DNA of 64,000 nt from Acidobacteriota bacterium (GTDB lineage: Bacteria > Acidobacteriota > Vicinamibacteria > JAXLQT01): the NCBI GenBank assembly GCA_046331505.1, contig JAXLQT010000008.1, positions 150,969-214,968 on the forward strand, in the 5' to 3' direction. Within the stretch, counting starts at the first letter, position 1. The number at the start of each line of letters is the position of its first letter. The translations under genes and the position numbers were made by a program. A model generated the notes under the pieces. That model made no database searches, had not been told where the DNA came from, and saw nothing but the letters and a program-made list of their open reading frames with translations. Below are positions 30,603 through 41,619 of this stretch, in pieces.

Positions 30603-31166
30603 ATGACGCTCTCGATGGTTTTCCTGACCTGCTTCCTGGTCGGGTTCTTTTACGCCATCGCGACGTCGTTCCTGGGACTCGGCGGGCATGGCCACGACGT
30701 CGGCCACGTTCACGACCTGGGCCACGACCAGGGGCATGGCCACGGAGAGTCGAGCGGCTTCTCCTGGCTCTCGCCAGTCGTCCTGGCGTCGTTCGTCACC
30801 GTCTTCGGCGGCGCGGGGTTCATCTCGAACAGGGGCCTCGGCTTCGGGAGCGTTGGCAGCATGCTGATGGCGAGCGGCATGGCCCTCCTGGTGAGCGGCG
30901 GCGTCTTCATGGTCATGGACAAGCTCTTCGCCTCCACCCAGGCGTCGAGCGAGGCGGAGATGGCGACCATCGTCGGAAAGGAAGCCGAGGTCATCACACC
31001 GATCCCCGCGGGTGGATTCGGCGAGATCGCCTACCTGTGCAAGGGAAGCCGCCTCACCGCGCCGGCCCGATCTCTCATCGGCGATCCCATCGATCGCCGC
31101 GAGATGGTGCGTATCGACAAGGTCTCAGGATCGACACACTACGTGACTCGAATCGCGACGTTCTAG
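30603..31166 (+). CDS. NfeD-family membrane protein (short form, OB-fold C-terminus)
   Basis: TM helices plus a His/Gly-rich linker. C-terminal ...GKEAEVITPIPAGGFGEIAYLCKGSRLTAPARS...MVRIDKVSGSTHYV. It directly precedes the flotillin gene, the usual operon arrangement. Confidence 0.75.
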   Translation: MTLSMVFLTCFLVGFFYAIATSFLGLGGHGHDVGHVHDLGHDQGHGHGESSGFSWLSPVVLASFVTVFGGAGFISNRGLGFGSVGSMLMASGMALLVSGGVFMVMDKLFASTQASSEAEMATIVGKEAEVITPIPAGGFGEIAYLCKGSRLTAPARSLIGDPIDRREMVRIDKVSGSTHYVTRIATF

Positions 31167-31171
31167 GTTCG

Positions 31172-31219
31172 GGGCGGGCGCGTGCCCGCCGCTTCCGCAG
31201 GGCGGGGCTTCTCCCCGCC
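31172..31219 (+). promoter_or_regulatory. two tandem GC-rich hairpins (GGCGGGCgcgtGCCCGCC and GGCGGGGcttctCCCCGCC) in the NfeD-flotillin intergenic region
   Basis: Two perfect 7-bp stems with 4-5 nt loops and no downstream U-tract. Possible intra-operon attenuator or RNA-processing/stability element. Confidence 0.3.
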
Positions 31220-31243
31220 GGTTACCGTGAAGGAGGCAACGAC

Positions 31244-32758
31244 ATGACCGAGGCACTGATCCCCTTCATCGCGGCGGGGTCCGTCGTGGCGGTGTTCCTG
31301 CTCACGCTCACCTCGATCGCCGCCCGCTACAAGAAGGTGGGGCCCAACGAGGTGATGATCATCTCGGGCATGAAGCACACCGTCGTCGGGCCGGACGGCA
31401 CGAAGGAGAAGGTGGGCTACCGGATCCGCAAGGGCGGCGGCGCGTTCGTCATCCCGCTCCTCGAGAAGATGGACATCCTCTCTCTCGAGCTCCTGACCCT
31501 CGACGTCGAGACGCCCGAGGTGATCACCGCGAAGGGCGTTCCGGTGATCGTCGACGGCGTGGCGCAGATCAAGGTGCGCGGCGACGACCAGAGCATCCGC
31601 ACCGCCTCGGAGCAGTTCCTGTCCAAGGGGCAGGAGGAGATCATGCGGATCGCGCTCCAGACGGTGGAGGGTCATCTCCGGGCGATCCTCGGGACGATGA
31701 CGGTCGAGAACATCTACCAGAACCGCGATCAGTTCGCGCAGAACGTGCAGGACGTGGCCGCCTCGGATCTCGCGAACATGGGCCTGCAGATCGTGAGCTT
31801 CACGCTCCGGAACATCCGCGATCAGCACGGCTACCTCGACGCGCTCGGAAAGCCGCGGACCGCCGAGGTGAAGCGCGACGCGCAGGCGCTCGCGGACCGC
31901 GACGCCATCAAGGCGGCGGAAGCGGCGCGAGGAGTCCGCCAAGATCCTGGCCAGACCCAGATCGCCGAGGCGGAAGACGTATCAGATCCAGAAGGCGGCT
32001 ACGATCTCGAGAGCCAGCAGAAGCGCGCGGAGGCCGATCTGTCGTACGACCTCAAGTACAAGACCGGGCAGCTCGTGAAGAAGGAGGAGGTGCAGGTCCA
32101 CGTCGTCGAGAAGGAGATGGAGATCCAGGTCCAGGAGAAGGAGATCCTGCGCCGCGAGCGCGAGCTGGACGCATCGGTCAAGAAGCCCGCCGAGGCGGAG
32201 AAGTACAAGATCGAGGTGACCGCGGAGGCGCAGCGTTACAAGTACGAGGCGGAGGCCAAGGGCCTCGGAGAGGCGACCAAGCTCAAGGGGTTCGCCGAGG
32301 CGGACGTCAGCAAGGCGAGGGGCACCGCGGAGGCCGAGGTGAGCCGCGTCAAGGGCCAGGCCAACGCCGACGTCATCAAGGCCACCGGCCTCTCGGAGGC
32401 GGAGATCATCCGCGCGAAGGGCGAGGCCGAGGCCGAGGCGATGAAGAAGAAGGCGGGGAGCTTCCGCGAGTACAACGAGGCGGCGGTCGTGCAGATGGTC
32501 TCGGGCATCCTCCCGGAGATCGCGAAGGCGGTCAGCGAGCCGCTGTCGAAGGTGGAGAAGATCGCGATCGTCTCGACCGACGCGCTCGGTGCGTCGAAGA
32601 TCCCGGGCGACGTCGCGCGGATCATCGCGTCGTTGCCGCCCGTGGTCGAGTCGCTCACGGGGGTCAACCTCGGAGAGCTCATGGGCAAGCTCCCGAAGCT
32701 CGGAGCGAAGGACGACAAGCCCGGAGAACCGCCGCAGGGCGAGAAGCCCTCCACCTAG
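31244..32758 (+). CDS. flotillin / SPFH (band 7) domain protein
   Basis: AAGGAGG RBS, ATG 31244. N-terminal TM. SPFH domain, then a long EA-rich coiled-coil (AEAEAMKKKA...). 504 aa, intact. Confidence 0.85.
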   Translation: MTEALIPFIAAGSVVAVFLLTLTSIAARYKKVGPNEVMIISGMKHTVVGPDGTKEKVGYRIRKGGGAFVIPLLEKMDILSLELLTLDVETPEVITAKGVPVIVDGVAQIKVRGDDQSIRTASEQFLSKGQEEIMRIALQTVEGHLRAILGTMTVENIYQNRDQFAQNVQDVAASDLANMGLQIVSFTLRNIRDQHGYLDALGKPRTAEVKRDAQALADRDAIKAAEAARGVRQDPGQTQIAEAEDVSDPEGGYDLESQQKRAEADLSYDLKYKTGQLVKKEEVQVHVVEKEMEIQVQEKEILRRERELDASVKKPAEAEKYKIEVTAEAQRYKYEAEAKGLGEATKLKGFAEADVSKARGTAEAEVSRVKGQANADVIKATGLSEAEIIRAKGEAEAEAMKKKAGSFREYNEAAVVQMVSGILPEIAKAVSEPLSKVEKIAIVSTDALGASKIPGDVARIIASLPPVVESLTGVNLGELMGKLPKLGAKDDKPGEPPQGEKPST

Positions 32759-32768
32759 ACAAGGGCGC

Positions 32769-35521
32769 GTGGACGATCGCACGATCCCGATCGATCCCTC
32801 GAACGCACCGACGGCGGACGCATCGGTCGCGCCGTTGCCCCACGCCGTGGCGCCTGGCGATGCGTTCGGCCCCTACCGCGTCGTGCGCGCGCTCGGGGCC
32901 GGAGGCTTCGGCGCCGTGTTCCTGGCGACCCACCCGATCCTCGGCGAGGTCGCGCTCAAGATCCTCCGGCGCGGATCGTCGGAGTCCCTCCAGCGCTTCG
33001 TCCGCGAAGGGACCCTGGTCCTCGACCATCCGGCCATTCCGCGGATCCTCGATCAGGGGGAGGTCGGCGGCGTGCGGTACCTGGCGCAATCCTACGTGGC
33101 GGGGCGGAGCCTGGAGCGGGTGCTCCGCGATCGCCCGATGACGGAGGCGGAGGCGATCGCGCTCGGCAGCGAGATCGCCGGCATCCTCGCCTACACCCAC
33201 GAGCGCGGCGTCATCCACTGCGACCTGAAGCCGCAGAACATCCTGCTCGACGACGCGGGGCGCGTGCACGTGCTCGACTTCGGCATCGCCCGCATCCGGA
33301 GCCTCGCCGACGGGCCGGATGCCGACGCGGGAACGCCAGGCTATTTCGCACCCGAGCAGGCCCTGGGCCAGGAGGTCGGTCCACCGACGGACCTCCACGC
33401 GCTCGGGATCGTCCTGTACGAGGCGGCGACGGGGCGTCTTCCGTACGAGGCGGAGAGCCCGGTGGGCCAGATTGCGGCGCTGATCCACGGGGTCGCGGTG
33501 CCGGCAGGCCTCCGGCGCGCCGATCTCAGCCCGGCCTTCCAGGCCCTGCTGATGCGCCTGCTCGCGAAGGACGCCGCGGAGCGGCCGCAGAGCGCGGCGG
33601 AGGTGGGCCGGACGCTCGATCTCCTCGCCTCGGGCGTTCATCCCGCGGGACGGTTCGTCGCGATCGCGAGGCTGCGGGCGGGATCGGGAGGCGTCCTCGA
33701 GATCGCCGGAGGATGCCGCGAGGATCGCGAGGAGGTGATCGCGTCCCTCGCGCTGGAGGCCGATCGCTTCGGCGTTGCCGTCGTGTCGGGAACCGGCGAG
33801 GCCGTCGCCTACGGCGCGCTCTCGCAGGCGCTCGGTCCGCTCGTCGAGCTCCCCGCCGCGCCGACGCGGCAGGACGTGCTGGCGTCGTTCCGGCGCCGGC
33901 TTCTCGGACGATGTCGGGAACGCCCGCTCGCGCTCGTCCTGCGCGCCGCGCACCAGCTCGACGATGGCACGCTCGCCCTCGTCGAGCAGATGGCGCCGTC
34001 GCTGCCCTCGATTCCTCTCCTCGTGGTTCTCGCGGGGCCGGCGACCGACGGTAGCGTTGCCGCGCTGTGCGGGAGGCTGCAGCCGACCGGCGTGCTGACT
34101 CGCATCGCCCTGCCGGGGCCGGCGGGAGCCCCGGACGAGGACGACGCGCCGGACGTGGCGCCGCGCGAGATCCGCGCTCGCGCGCGCGAGGCGCGGCGCC
34201 GGGGGGTCCTGCGGCTCGCGCTCGCCCTCTTCGAGTCCTACCTCGCCACTGGAGATGGGGAAGGAAGGCAGGAAGCGCTCACCCAGGCCGCGACGCTCCT
34301 TCGGCTGACGCGCAGGTTCTCCGAGGCGCGGGCGCGCCTCGAGGAGTTGCGGGCGGCGTTCCCCCACGATCGCGTCAGCTGGGGACGTGCGACGCTCGAT
34401 CTCGCCATCGTCGAGCACGAGAGCGGCAGCCGGGACGCCGCGCGCTCTCTCGTGCTGGACGCCATCGATGCGGCGTCGTCGGTTCCCGATCCCGTCTCGG
34501 CGCGGCTCCACGCCAGCTGCCAGCTCCTGCTCGGGACCATCGAGGCGCGCGCCGGGCGCCACGTGGAGGCGCTCGCCTGCACGGAACGCGCGCTCACCCA
34601 TGTGATGAATCCTGGTGAGAAGCACAACCGCGTCCGCGTGCTGAACAACCGCGGCGCCACTTCTCCCTCGGCCGCCTCGTCGACGCCCGGGACGGCATGG
34701 AGGCCGCGCTCACCGTGGCGACGGAGATCGGCGATCGGAGGGCGAGGTCGACGGCGGTCATGAACCTCGCGACGCTCCTTCCCGACGTGGGGGATCCCGT
34801 GACGGCTCGGACGTTCCTCGACGCCCTCGCGCTCAAGCGGCACGAAGGGGATGCGTGGGGCATCGCCGCGTCTCTCGCGAACCTCGCCAGCTTCATGGCC
34901 AGCGAGGGCGAGGTGGAGGCGGGCACCGCTCTCGTTCTGGAGGCCGAGGCGCGGTTTCATCACCCGGACGATGCCCAGGGAGTCGCGGCAGTGAGGGCCC
35001 TGCGCGCGCGCCTGCGCGCCGAGGCGGGCGACCTCGCGGGATCGGAGGCGATCTCCTCGGGCTCCTCGACGAGCATCGCGCCTCGGGCAACGCCGCCGAG
35101 GAGGCGACCACGCTGCTCTGCCTCGGAGCCGTCCGGCATGCGATGGGACGATGCGATGCGCCCAGGACAGGCTCTCCGCGCCGTCGAGATCGCGGGATCG
35201 ACGGGGCAGCGGGCGATAGAGATCAGGCGCTGGCGGGGGCTCGGGCAGTGCCGCGCCCTGGCATCGGACGCTGGCGGTATCGCGCTGTGCGAGGAGGCCG
35301 TGGCGATGGCCGCCAGCAGTGGCCAGAACGAGATTTCCAGCTCTTCCCTTGCACAGAGCTATCGGCTGCGAGCCCGGGAGTCGCGCGTGACATGCTCCGC
35401 GCGATCGTCGAGGAGGCGCGACGGCGGGGGTTCCGGAGGCTGACCCAGGACGCGATGAGGCTCTGGGAGCGCCTCGCGGCGAAGGCCCATCGGGACGCGA
35501 CGACGGCGGCGCGGCGCCTTG
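32769..35521 (+). pseudogene. Ser/Thr protein kinase with C-terminal TPR-like domain; at least 2 frameshifts in the 3' third
   Basis: GTG 32769. Kinase motifs GAGGFGAVF, VAIK-like ALKIL, HCDLKPQNILL, DFGIA, PGYFAPE. The frame changes near 34660 and again near 35390. The end is provisionally at TGA 35519. Confidence 0.65.
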
Positions 35522-35589
35522 AACGCGGATGGCGGCGGCCGTACTCTGCGCGGCTGCCCGCGGTCCCGCGGAGCGGCCAAGGAGAACGC

Positions 35590-36075
35590 ATGCTTCGCAA
35601 ATCGCTGCTTGCTCTCGTTGCTGTCGCCTTCTTCTGTTCCCCCTGCTCGCCCAGAGCCAGACCGAGCAAATCAGGCCACAGGCTTCCTGAAGGTCAAGAC
35701 CGACAAAGGCCGAAGCACACGCCGAAGATCACGGCCCCCGACAAGGTGGGCGCGGGTGAGTGGTTCGACGTCGTCGAGGTCGGAGAGGAGCGCGCCATCC
35801 GTCCCTCAACGACCACCACGTGATCTGGGTCGCGCTCCAGAAGGCGGCGTCGAGCTCGCCCGCGCCTACTTCCACCCGGTGATGGCCAGCCCCAGGTCAC
35901 CTTCACGGTGTCGCTCACCGAGTCCGGGAACCTCGAGGCGGTCGAAGTGCCGACCCACACCGCGCCGTGGATCTCCACGAAGAAGATCGAGGTCACGCCC
36001 GCCGCCGCGCCGGCCGCGGCTCCCGCGACCGACCAGGGCGCGGCTCCAGAGGAACGCAGCCCTCGAAGTAGCTAA
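35590..36075 (+). pseudogene. desulfoferrodoxin/neelaredoxin-like (superoxide-reductase-type Fe-binding domain) small exported protein; 3-4 frameshifts
   Basis: AAGGAGAA RBS, ATG 35590. Signal peptide MLRKSLLALVAVAFFCS. EAHTPKITAP..., ...HHVIWVAL... and ...AYFHP...VTFTVSL are spread over three frames and resemble the KHVP / HP..EHYI.WIEL motifs of SOR-type proteins. Confidence 0.35.
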
Positions 36076-36925
36076 CGTGCCCGCGCTCGCCCGAGGATGG
36101 CGAGCAGGATGCCTCCCAGGATCGCCGCGCCTGACCCGATCAGGCGCGGCGTCGCCATCTCCTGCAGGACCAGGACCCCGAGCGCCGCGGCGAGATCAGG
36201 ACGGCGAGCTGGAGGATCGCGGCCCGCATCGCCGTGAGACCCGGAAGCGCGGCGTACCAGAAGCTGTAGCCGACGCCGGGTGATCGAACCGGAGGCCGCC
36301 GCGAGCGCACCCGCGCGCCGAGAGGCGCTTCTCGGCGAGGAACACCGCGCTCGACGCGAGGGCGAGAGGAGCACGGTGCGCGCGAAGTTGCCAGCCGTCG
36401 CGTGGAGAGGGGCTTCGGGCTCTACGACCGAGGAGCGAGTAGATGCCCCACGAGGCTCCGGCGATCGCCCAGCGCGGCCGCGACCGCCGGCGGCGCCGCG
36501 AGTCCGGGCCGCGTCAACACGACGGAGCCGGCGAGCGCGATGACGAAGCCCGCCCACTCGATGGAGCGCGGCCGCTCGCCCCGCAGGAGGCCCCACCCGA
36601 TCATCGTGATCTGTACCGAGGCGAAGAGGATCAAGGCGCCGGTCCCGGCGGGAAGGCGCCGGTAGGCGTAAGAGAACGCGATCGCATAGGAGAAGAGCGC
36701 CGCCGCGCCCGCCCAGGTGCCATCGCGCCACGGATTGCGCCGCCCCGCGGCGGCGGCGAGGAGCCAGAGGGTCGCGGCGCCGGACACGAGGCGGACCGTC
36801 GTGAAGGTCGCGGCATCGACGGACCGCGGGCCGAGCGCCATGCGGCAGAGGATGGAGTTGAGCGAGAACGAAACCAGGGCCATCCCGGCGAAGAGCGCCG
36901 TCGGCGTCGTGCGCGAACTGGTCGG
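36072..36925 (-). pseudogene. EamA/DMT-superfamily transporter; at least 1 frameshift
   Basis: About 10 TM helices. The N-terminal 180 aa are in one frame (ORF 36422..37597 tail) and the C-terminal ...LAAALGVLVLQEMATPRLIGSGAAILGGILLAILGRARAR* is in another (ORF 36072..36731). Confidence 0.5.
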
Positions 36926-36939
36926 GGACAATCCCCGCC

Positions 36940-37626
36940 CTACCTGGGGGGCGCGGGGAGCGCCACGTCGAGGATCAGCGGCTTCTTGTTCCCCTTGATC
37001 TCGATCGGCTTCTCGACGCGGCCGAGCTTCTCGTGGACCACCGCCAGCGTGTACTTGCCGTCGGGGAGGTCGTCGATGCGGTAGAGGCCGTCGGCTCCGG
37101 TGACGTAGTAGAACGGGTTCTCCGCGACGACGATGAACGCGCTCATCCACGAGTGGACGTCGCACTCGACGCGGAACGCCTCGGGCTTGTCCCACGTGCG
37201 CTCGAGGTTCTTGACCGCCGGAGGCTGCGCGACGTTGCTTGCGGCGTTCACCTTGCAGAGCGTGTGGAAGTTGTGGAGGATGCCGTCGCTGTTGCCGACG
37301 ACGAGCTTCTTTCCCACCGGCATCACGACGATGTGCGGCACGAACTCGCACTTCTTCTGATCGAGCTTCCACTCCGTCTCCTTCCACGTTCCCTGGAGGG
37401 GCCCGAGGATCATCACCACCGCGTTGGCGACGCGTCCCTCGGGGGTCACGACGAGGGAGGGATCGGGCATCGTGCCCGTGCCGCAGGTGTCCTTGTCGAG
37501 AGTGATGGAGAGGGGCGCGGGCGGCTCGACGGGGCCGTCGACCGAGATCGCGCCGCCGACGGTCCCGGCAGACGCGCGGGTCGCGACGATCGAGCATGCA
37601 AGGATGACGGAGCTTGGGCGCTTCAT
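36940..37626 (-). CDS. exported cupredoxin-domain (type-1 blue copper) protein with C-terminal carboxypeptidase-regulatory/Ig-like domain
   Basis: Signal peptide MKRPSSVILACSIVATRASAG. Candidate T1Cu ligands HNFH ... ECDVHSWM (C-x2-H-x2-M). C-terminal ...YRIDDLPDGKYTLAVVHEKLG. 228 aa, intact. Confidence 0.55.
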   Translation of the reverse strand: MKRPSSVILACSIVATRASAGTVGGAISVDGPVEPPAPLSITLDKDTCGTGTMPDPSLVVTPEGRVANAVVMILGPLQGTWKETEWKLDQKKCEFVPHIVVMPVGKKLVVGNSDGILHNFHTLCKVNAASNVAQPPAVKNLERTWDKPEAFRVECDVHSWMSAFIVVAENPFYYVTGADGLYRIDDLPDGKYTLAVVHEKLGRVEKPIEIKGNKKPLILDVALPAPPR

Positions 37627-37849
37627 CCCGCTAGGTTATCGTCCCGGCGGACGATCGCGATGACGCTCCCACCGCCCCGGAGAGGGAACCTCATCCTGGC
37701 GGCTCTCTCCACGACGCCCTCCTTGCCGGGCCGTCGAGATCGCGCTCCAGGTCCTCGGCGTGCCGCGAGAAGGGATCGGCTCGGCCGTCGTGACGACCGA
37801 CTGCGCTGCGGGGGCGCTGGGTCCTGTTCCCGAACGCGCCGTGGATGAG

Positions 37850-38690
37850 GCAGGACCCCGACCTCTGGAGCTGCTCGCCCGGCGCGCGCCCACGACGGTT
37901 GGGAGAACGCAGTGCTGGTACACGATCAACCGTGACGGCCTGGAGCGACGAGGTGCCGGGAGCTCCCAGGGCGTCCCCTGGTTCTGTGCGCCGGCGACTC
38001 CGTGACAGCGGGGTGGCGCGTCCGCGCGACACCTATCCGCGGTGCTGGCGTGCAGATCGCCGCGCGCGCGCCTGGGCTCGCGTCCGCCTTCGTGATCAAC
38101 ACCGGCGTACGGCTACAGCTCCGAGCAGGGCCGCCTCAGCCTGGTGACCGCTCGCTGAAGCCGGACGTCGTTCTCGTGGGCTTCGGCATCGACGACGACT
38201 GGCCCACGCCCTTCCCGGACGAGCTCGTCGGGGACGCCTGTCGGCCGGACGGACCTGCGCGGCGCAAGGCGCCGGAGCCATCTCTACTGCCTGCGGGACG
38301 CGATCGTCGGCGCCAAGCGCGAGCGCATCGAGGCGCAGCGCGGCTCGCTGCGCGCGTGGCGCGCCGGACCGCTACGTCGCGAACCTGCGCGCGATGGCGG
38401 CGATCGTGCGCGAGAGCGGGGCAGATCGTCTTCGTCGCCCTGACGTCTGAAGAAGAACACGTGATGGAAGCGAAGTCACGCTCCACGCGCCGTTGCCATC
38501 TACCGCACGCTCGCGCACGCCGTCGCCTTCGAGGAGAACGCCCCCGTCTCGACGTCCCGCTCCTCCTCGGGGCGGCTTCCGAGCAGCCGCCGCTACTTCG
38601 TCGACTGGTGCCACCCGGACGTCGAAGGGTCGCTGGCGGCATCCCGGCGGGAAGCCTGGGCCGCCTGTCGAGGAGGCGCCTGCGCCTCAC
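37850..38690 (+). pseudogene. SGNH/GDSL-family hydrolase, paralogue of 23171..24551; heavily frameshifted
   Basis: Block I VLCAGDSVTAGW (about 37972). Block III PDVVLVGFGIDDDW (about 38160). Block V ...RYFVDWCHPDVEG (about 38600). These lie in three different frames. Confidence 0.35.
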
Positions 38691-38699
38691 GGGCCGTGA

Positions 38700-39545
38700 G
38701 GTCCGCGGGCCGTCTCCGCGCGCTCTTGCTCGGCGCGTCGTGCTGGCGCGCCGCCGCGGCGTGCCCCTTCGCGCGTCTGGTGGCCGTCGACGGCCTTCCT
38801 GTTCGATCCGAGCCGCACGATCGCGCACACGCCCGCGGCAAGCTAGCGCCCGTCGCCCGAGCCGCCTCGACGCCACGGGGAACACGGCGAGCGGCTGGCG
38901 GCGGATCGGGGCGCGCCCTGGACCGCCGGTCGCGCACCTGCTCATCTTCGCACGGTGCTGGCGCGAACCCGGGACCGCGCGCACTTCCTCGCGCTTCTCT
39001 CCGGCGAAGGGCTCGACGTGCTGGCGATCGATTACCGCGGCTACGGCACCTCGACGGGGAAACCGAGCGAGCGCGGCACCTACGCCGATGCCCGGGCGGC
39101 GCGCGCGGCGCTGCTCGCGCGGGACGGCGCCGATCCCGAGCTGCGTCGTGGCGCAGAGCCGCCGGCGTGCGCGATCGCCATCGAGCTCCTGGTCGAGGCG
39201 CCACCCCGCGCGCTCGTCCTGCAGTCCACGTTCACGAGCATCCGGGATTTCGCAGCCATTCACTTCCCGCACGTCCCCACGATCCTCGTGCCGGACCTCT
39301 ATCCGAGCGCGTCGCGCATCGGGCGCATCGCCGTTCCCCTGCTCTACGTTCACGGCGCCGACGATCGGTTCGTGCCGCCGTCTAACCAGGACCGCGCTCC
39401 ACGACCGCGCGGCGGGGCCGAAGGAGCTCCGATCTTCCCGGCGTGCCGGGTCACGCCGACCCCGTCAACGCATCGCCTGTTCGCGAAGCTCGCCGGCGAG
39501 TGGATCCGGGGGCGCCTCGGAGAGCCCGCTACTCGATCCTGATCT
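38700..39545 (+). pseudogene. alpha/beta-hydrolase (BEM46/ABHD-like); at least 4 frameshifts
   Basis: ...PVAHLLIF..HGAGAN... (HGxxGN-like). GLDVLAIDYRGYGTSTGKPSE. ...ALVLQSTFTSIRD...PLLYVHGADDRFVPPS. The expected nucleophile elbow GxSxG is garbled (QSRRRACAIAIEL). Confidence 0.45.
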
Positions 39546-41440
39546 CCTCCACGTCGAGCCCGAGCTTGCGCGTGTCGGTGTTGCCCGGGAAGGTGATGGC
39601 GGGGCCGGAACGCCACCTGAGGCCGAGCTCGACCCTCGCGATCCCCGCCGGCAGCCGAAGACAAGGCGCGCAGATCCGCGGTCCGCAAGACGAGCTCTTC
39701 GGCCGTCGATCGCCGCCCGCAGGTCGATCGCCTGGGGATTCGGTCGCCACGGTGCTCGCCGCGTGTCGACGACGAGGCTTCTCGCGCCATGGGGGACGTC
39801 CATCTCCATGCGCACGTCGCGACGGCGCCCATCCAGGCGCCACCATCGAGGAAGCCACGCGTTCGATCCAGGCCGTCCCGGATGCGCATCGAAGCGGCCG
39901 GCCGGTGGGCGTTGGGGTCCTTCACCGGCTCGTCGAGCGCCACCGGTGGCCCGTCGATGCGGGCGGCAATCCACGCGGGATCCAGCAGATCCACCTGGGC
40001 GTTCCGCCTCCGTATCCTCCCGCGCCGATCCCGGCTCGCAATCTTCGTCACCACCAGGTAGTCGCAGCGTGCGAGGGCGGCGGGCATGTCGGCGGTATCG
40101 ATCTCCTCGAACGGACCCAGGCGCCGCCGATCGAGCGGGTGGAGCGCGACGTGGCTCGCGATGCCGACGAGGAGGTCTCGACGCCCGTCGCGCCGCGCGA
40201 GGTCGTTGACGAGCGCCACCGCGCGGGACCGCGACTCCGGCTGCGGCAGGCGCAAGCGCCGGAGCGAGGGGATGCCCTGGGTCAGACCCACGACGCAGAA
40301 GGCGGCGAGCACGAGCATCGCGCGGAGCCTCGGCTCAGCCGGCGCGCGTGCGCCCAGCCGGCGGTGGAGGCTGCTCGCGGCGAGCCGGCTCCCGGCGCCG
40401 ACGAAGTGGCCGAGGAAGAGGACGAGGAATGGATAGAGAACGAGGAAGTTCCGGTGGAACGACGCTCGCTGCGAGCAGATGAAGGCGAGCTCGACGATCG
40501 GGAACGCGAGCATCAAAGGCCCCGCCGGGAGGCGCGCGAGGGCGAGCACGGCACCGGCGAGCGCCGGGTAGAAGAGCCAGGGGGACATCTCCGCCACGAG
40601 CTGCGGTGCCTGGAGGCGGAGGTGCGCGAAGCCCGGATACACCTCCGCGGTCTCGTGGCCGAGCACCTTGTAGTGGTGGACCTCGTAACCCGCGCCTCGC
40701 AGGAAGGAACCGAAGTCGAGAAACGCATAGGGATCGAAGGCGGCGAACACGGCGCCGGGGACGATCGCGAGCACGAGGGCCAGCCGCCACCGTGGCCTCC
40801 GCGCGAGGGCGAGGGCCGGCAAGAGAAGGACCGGGGCGCCGCTGTACTTGGTGGATACGACCATGCCCGCGAAGACGCAAGCCAGCACGTGATCGCGGCC
40901 GTGACCGCACGTGGCGTACCTGACGGAGAACAGTGCCGCGAGGATGACGAAGAGGACCATCGGCACGTCGGTGGTGACGAACCGCGAGTGGGCGACGTGC
41001 AGCGACAGGCAGGAGATCGCGAGGGCGCCGATCAGGCCGGCGACGATGCCGAACGCCGCCTCTCCGAGGAAGTAGGTTGCGGGGATCGACAGTGTTCCGA
41101 GCACGACCGTGAGGGTCCGGTTCCACGCCACGAACGAGGGATGGGAGATCGAGGCGCTGCCGGAACGTCCGAGACACTCGATGCGATCGAGGCTACCGAG
41201 GTACCCGGGCGACCAGGGGCCCACTCCCATGAGGACGACGTAGTGGGCGGCGTCGATCGCGGCGTTCGCGTAGAAGAGGAACCCCGGGTAGTTGAAGCAG
41301 TGGGGGTTCCAGTCTCCCGTCTGGATGATGTGGATCGCCGGGAACACGATGGCTGGCTCGTCCCAGTGCCGTGTAGGGCAGGCCGAAGCCGCTACCGAGC
41401 GGCGCGAAGAACCTGCAGAGGTGATGACGCCCAGAAGCAG
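39529..41440 (-). pseudogene. GT-C glycosyltransferase, PMT_2/ArnT-like (family 39/83) no. 1; several frameshifts
   Basis: ...GSGFGLPYTA..WDEPAIVFPAIHIIQTGDWNPHCFNYPGF (the PMT_2 signature) is split between frames near 41350. About 11 TM helices. The plausible C-terminus ...ITFPGNTDTRKLGLDVEEIRIE* ends at 39529 in a different frame from the 665-aa track ORF. Confidence 0.55.
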
Positions 41441-41619
41441 AAGGGCGATCTTGCGCGAGCCGCGATGGGGGCAACGCCTTCGGGTTTCTGGCGGTTCGCG
41501 GCGATGTTGAAGGCCGGCCAGCGGCGGCGGGAGGTTCGTTGTACGCTCCCGGCCCGCGCCTGGACATCGCGCGGCGAGGAGGTCCCTTCCTCACAGAAAC
41601 CAGGACCTCGGAAGGAGCC

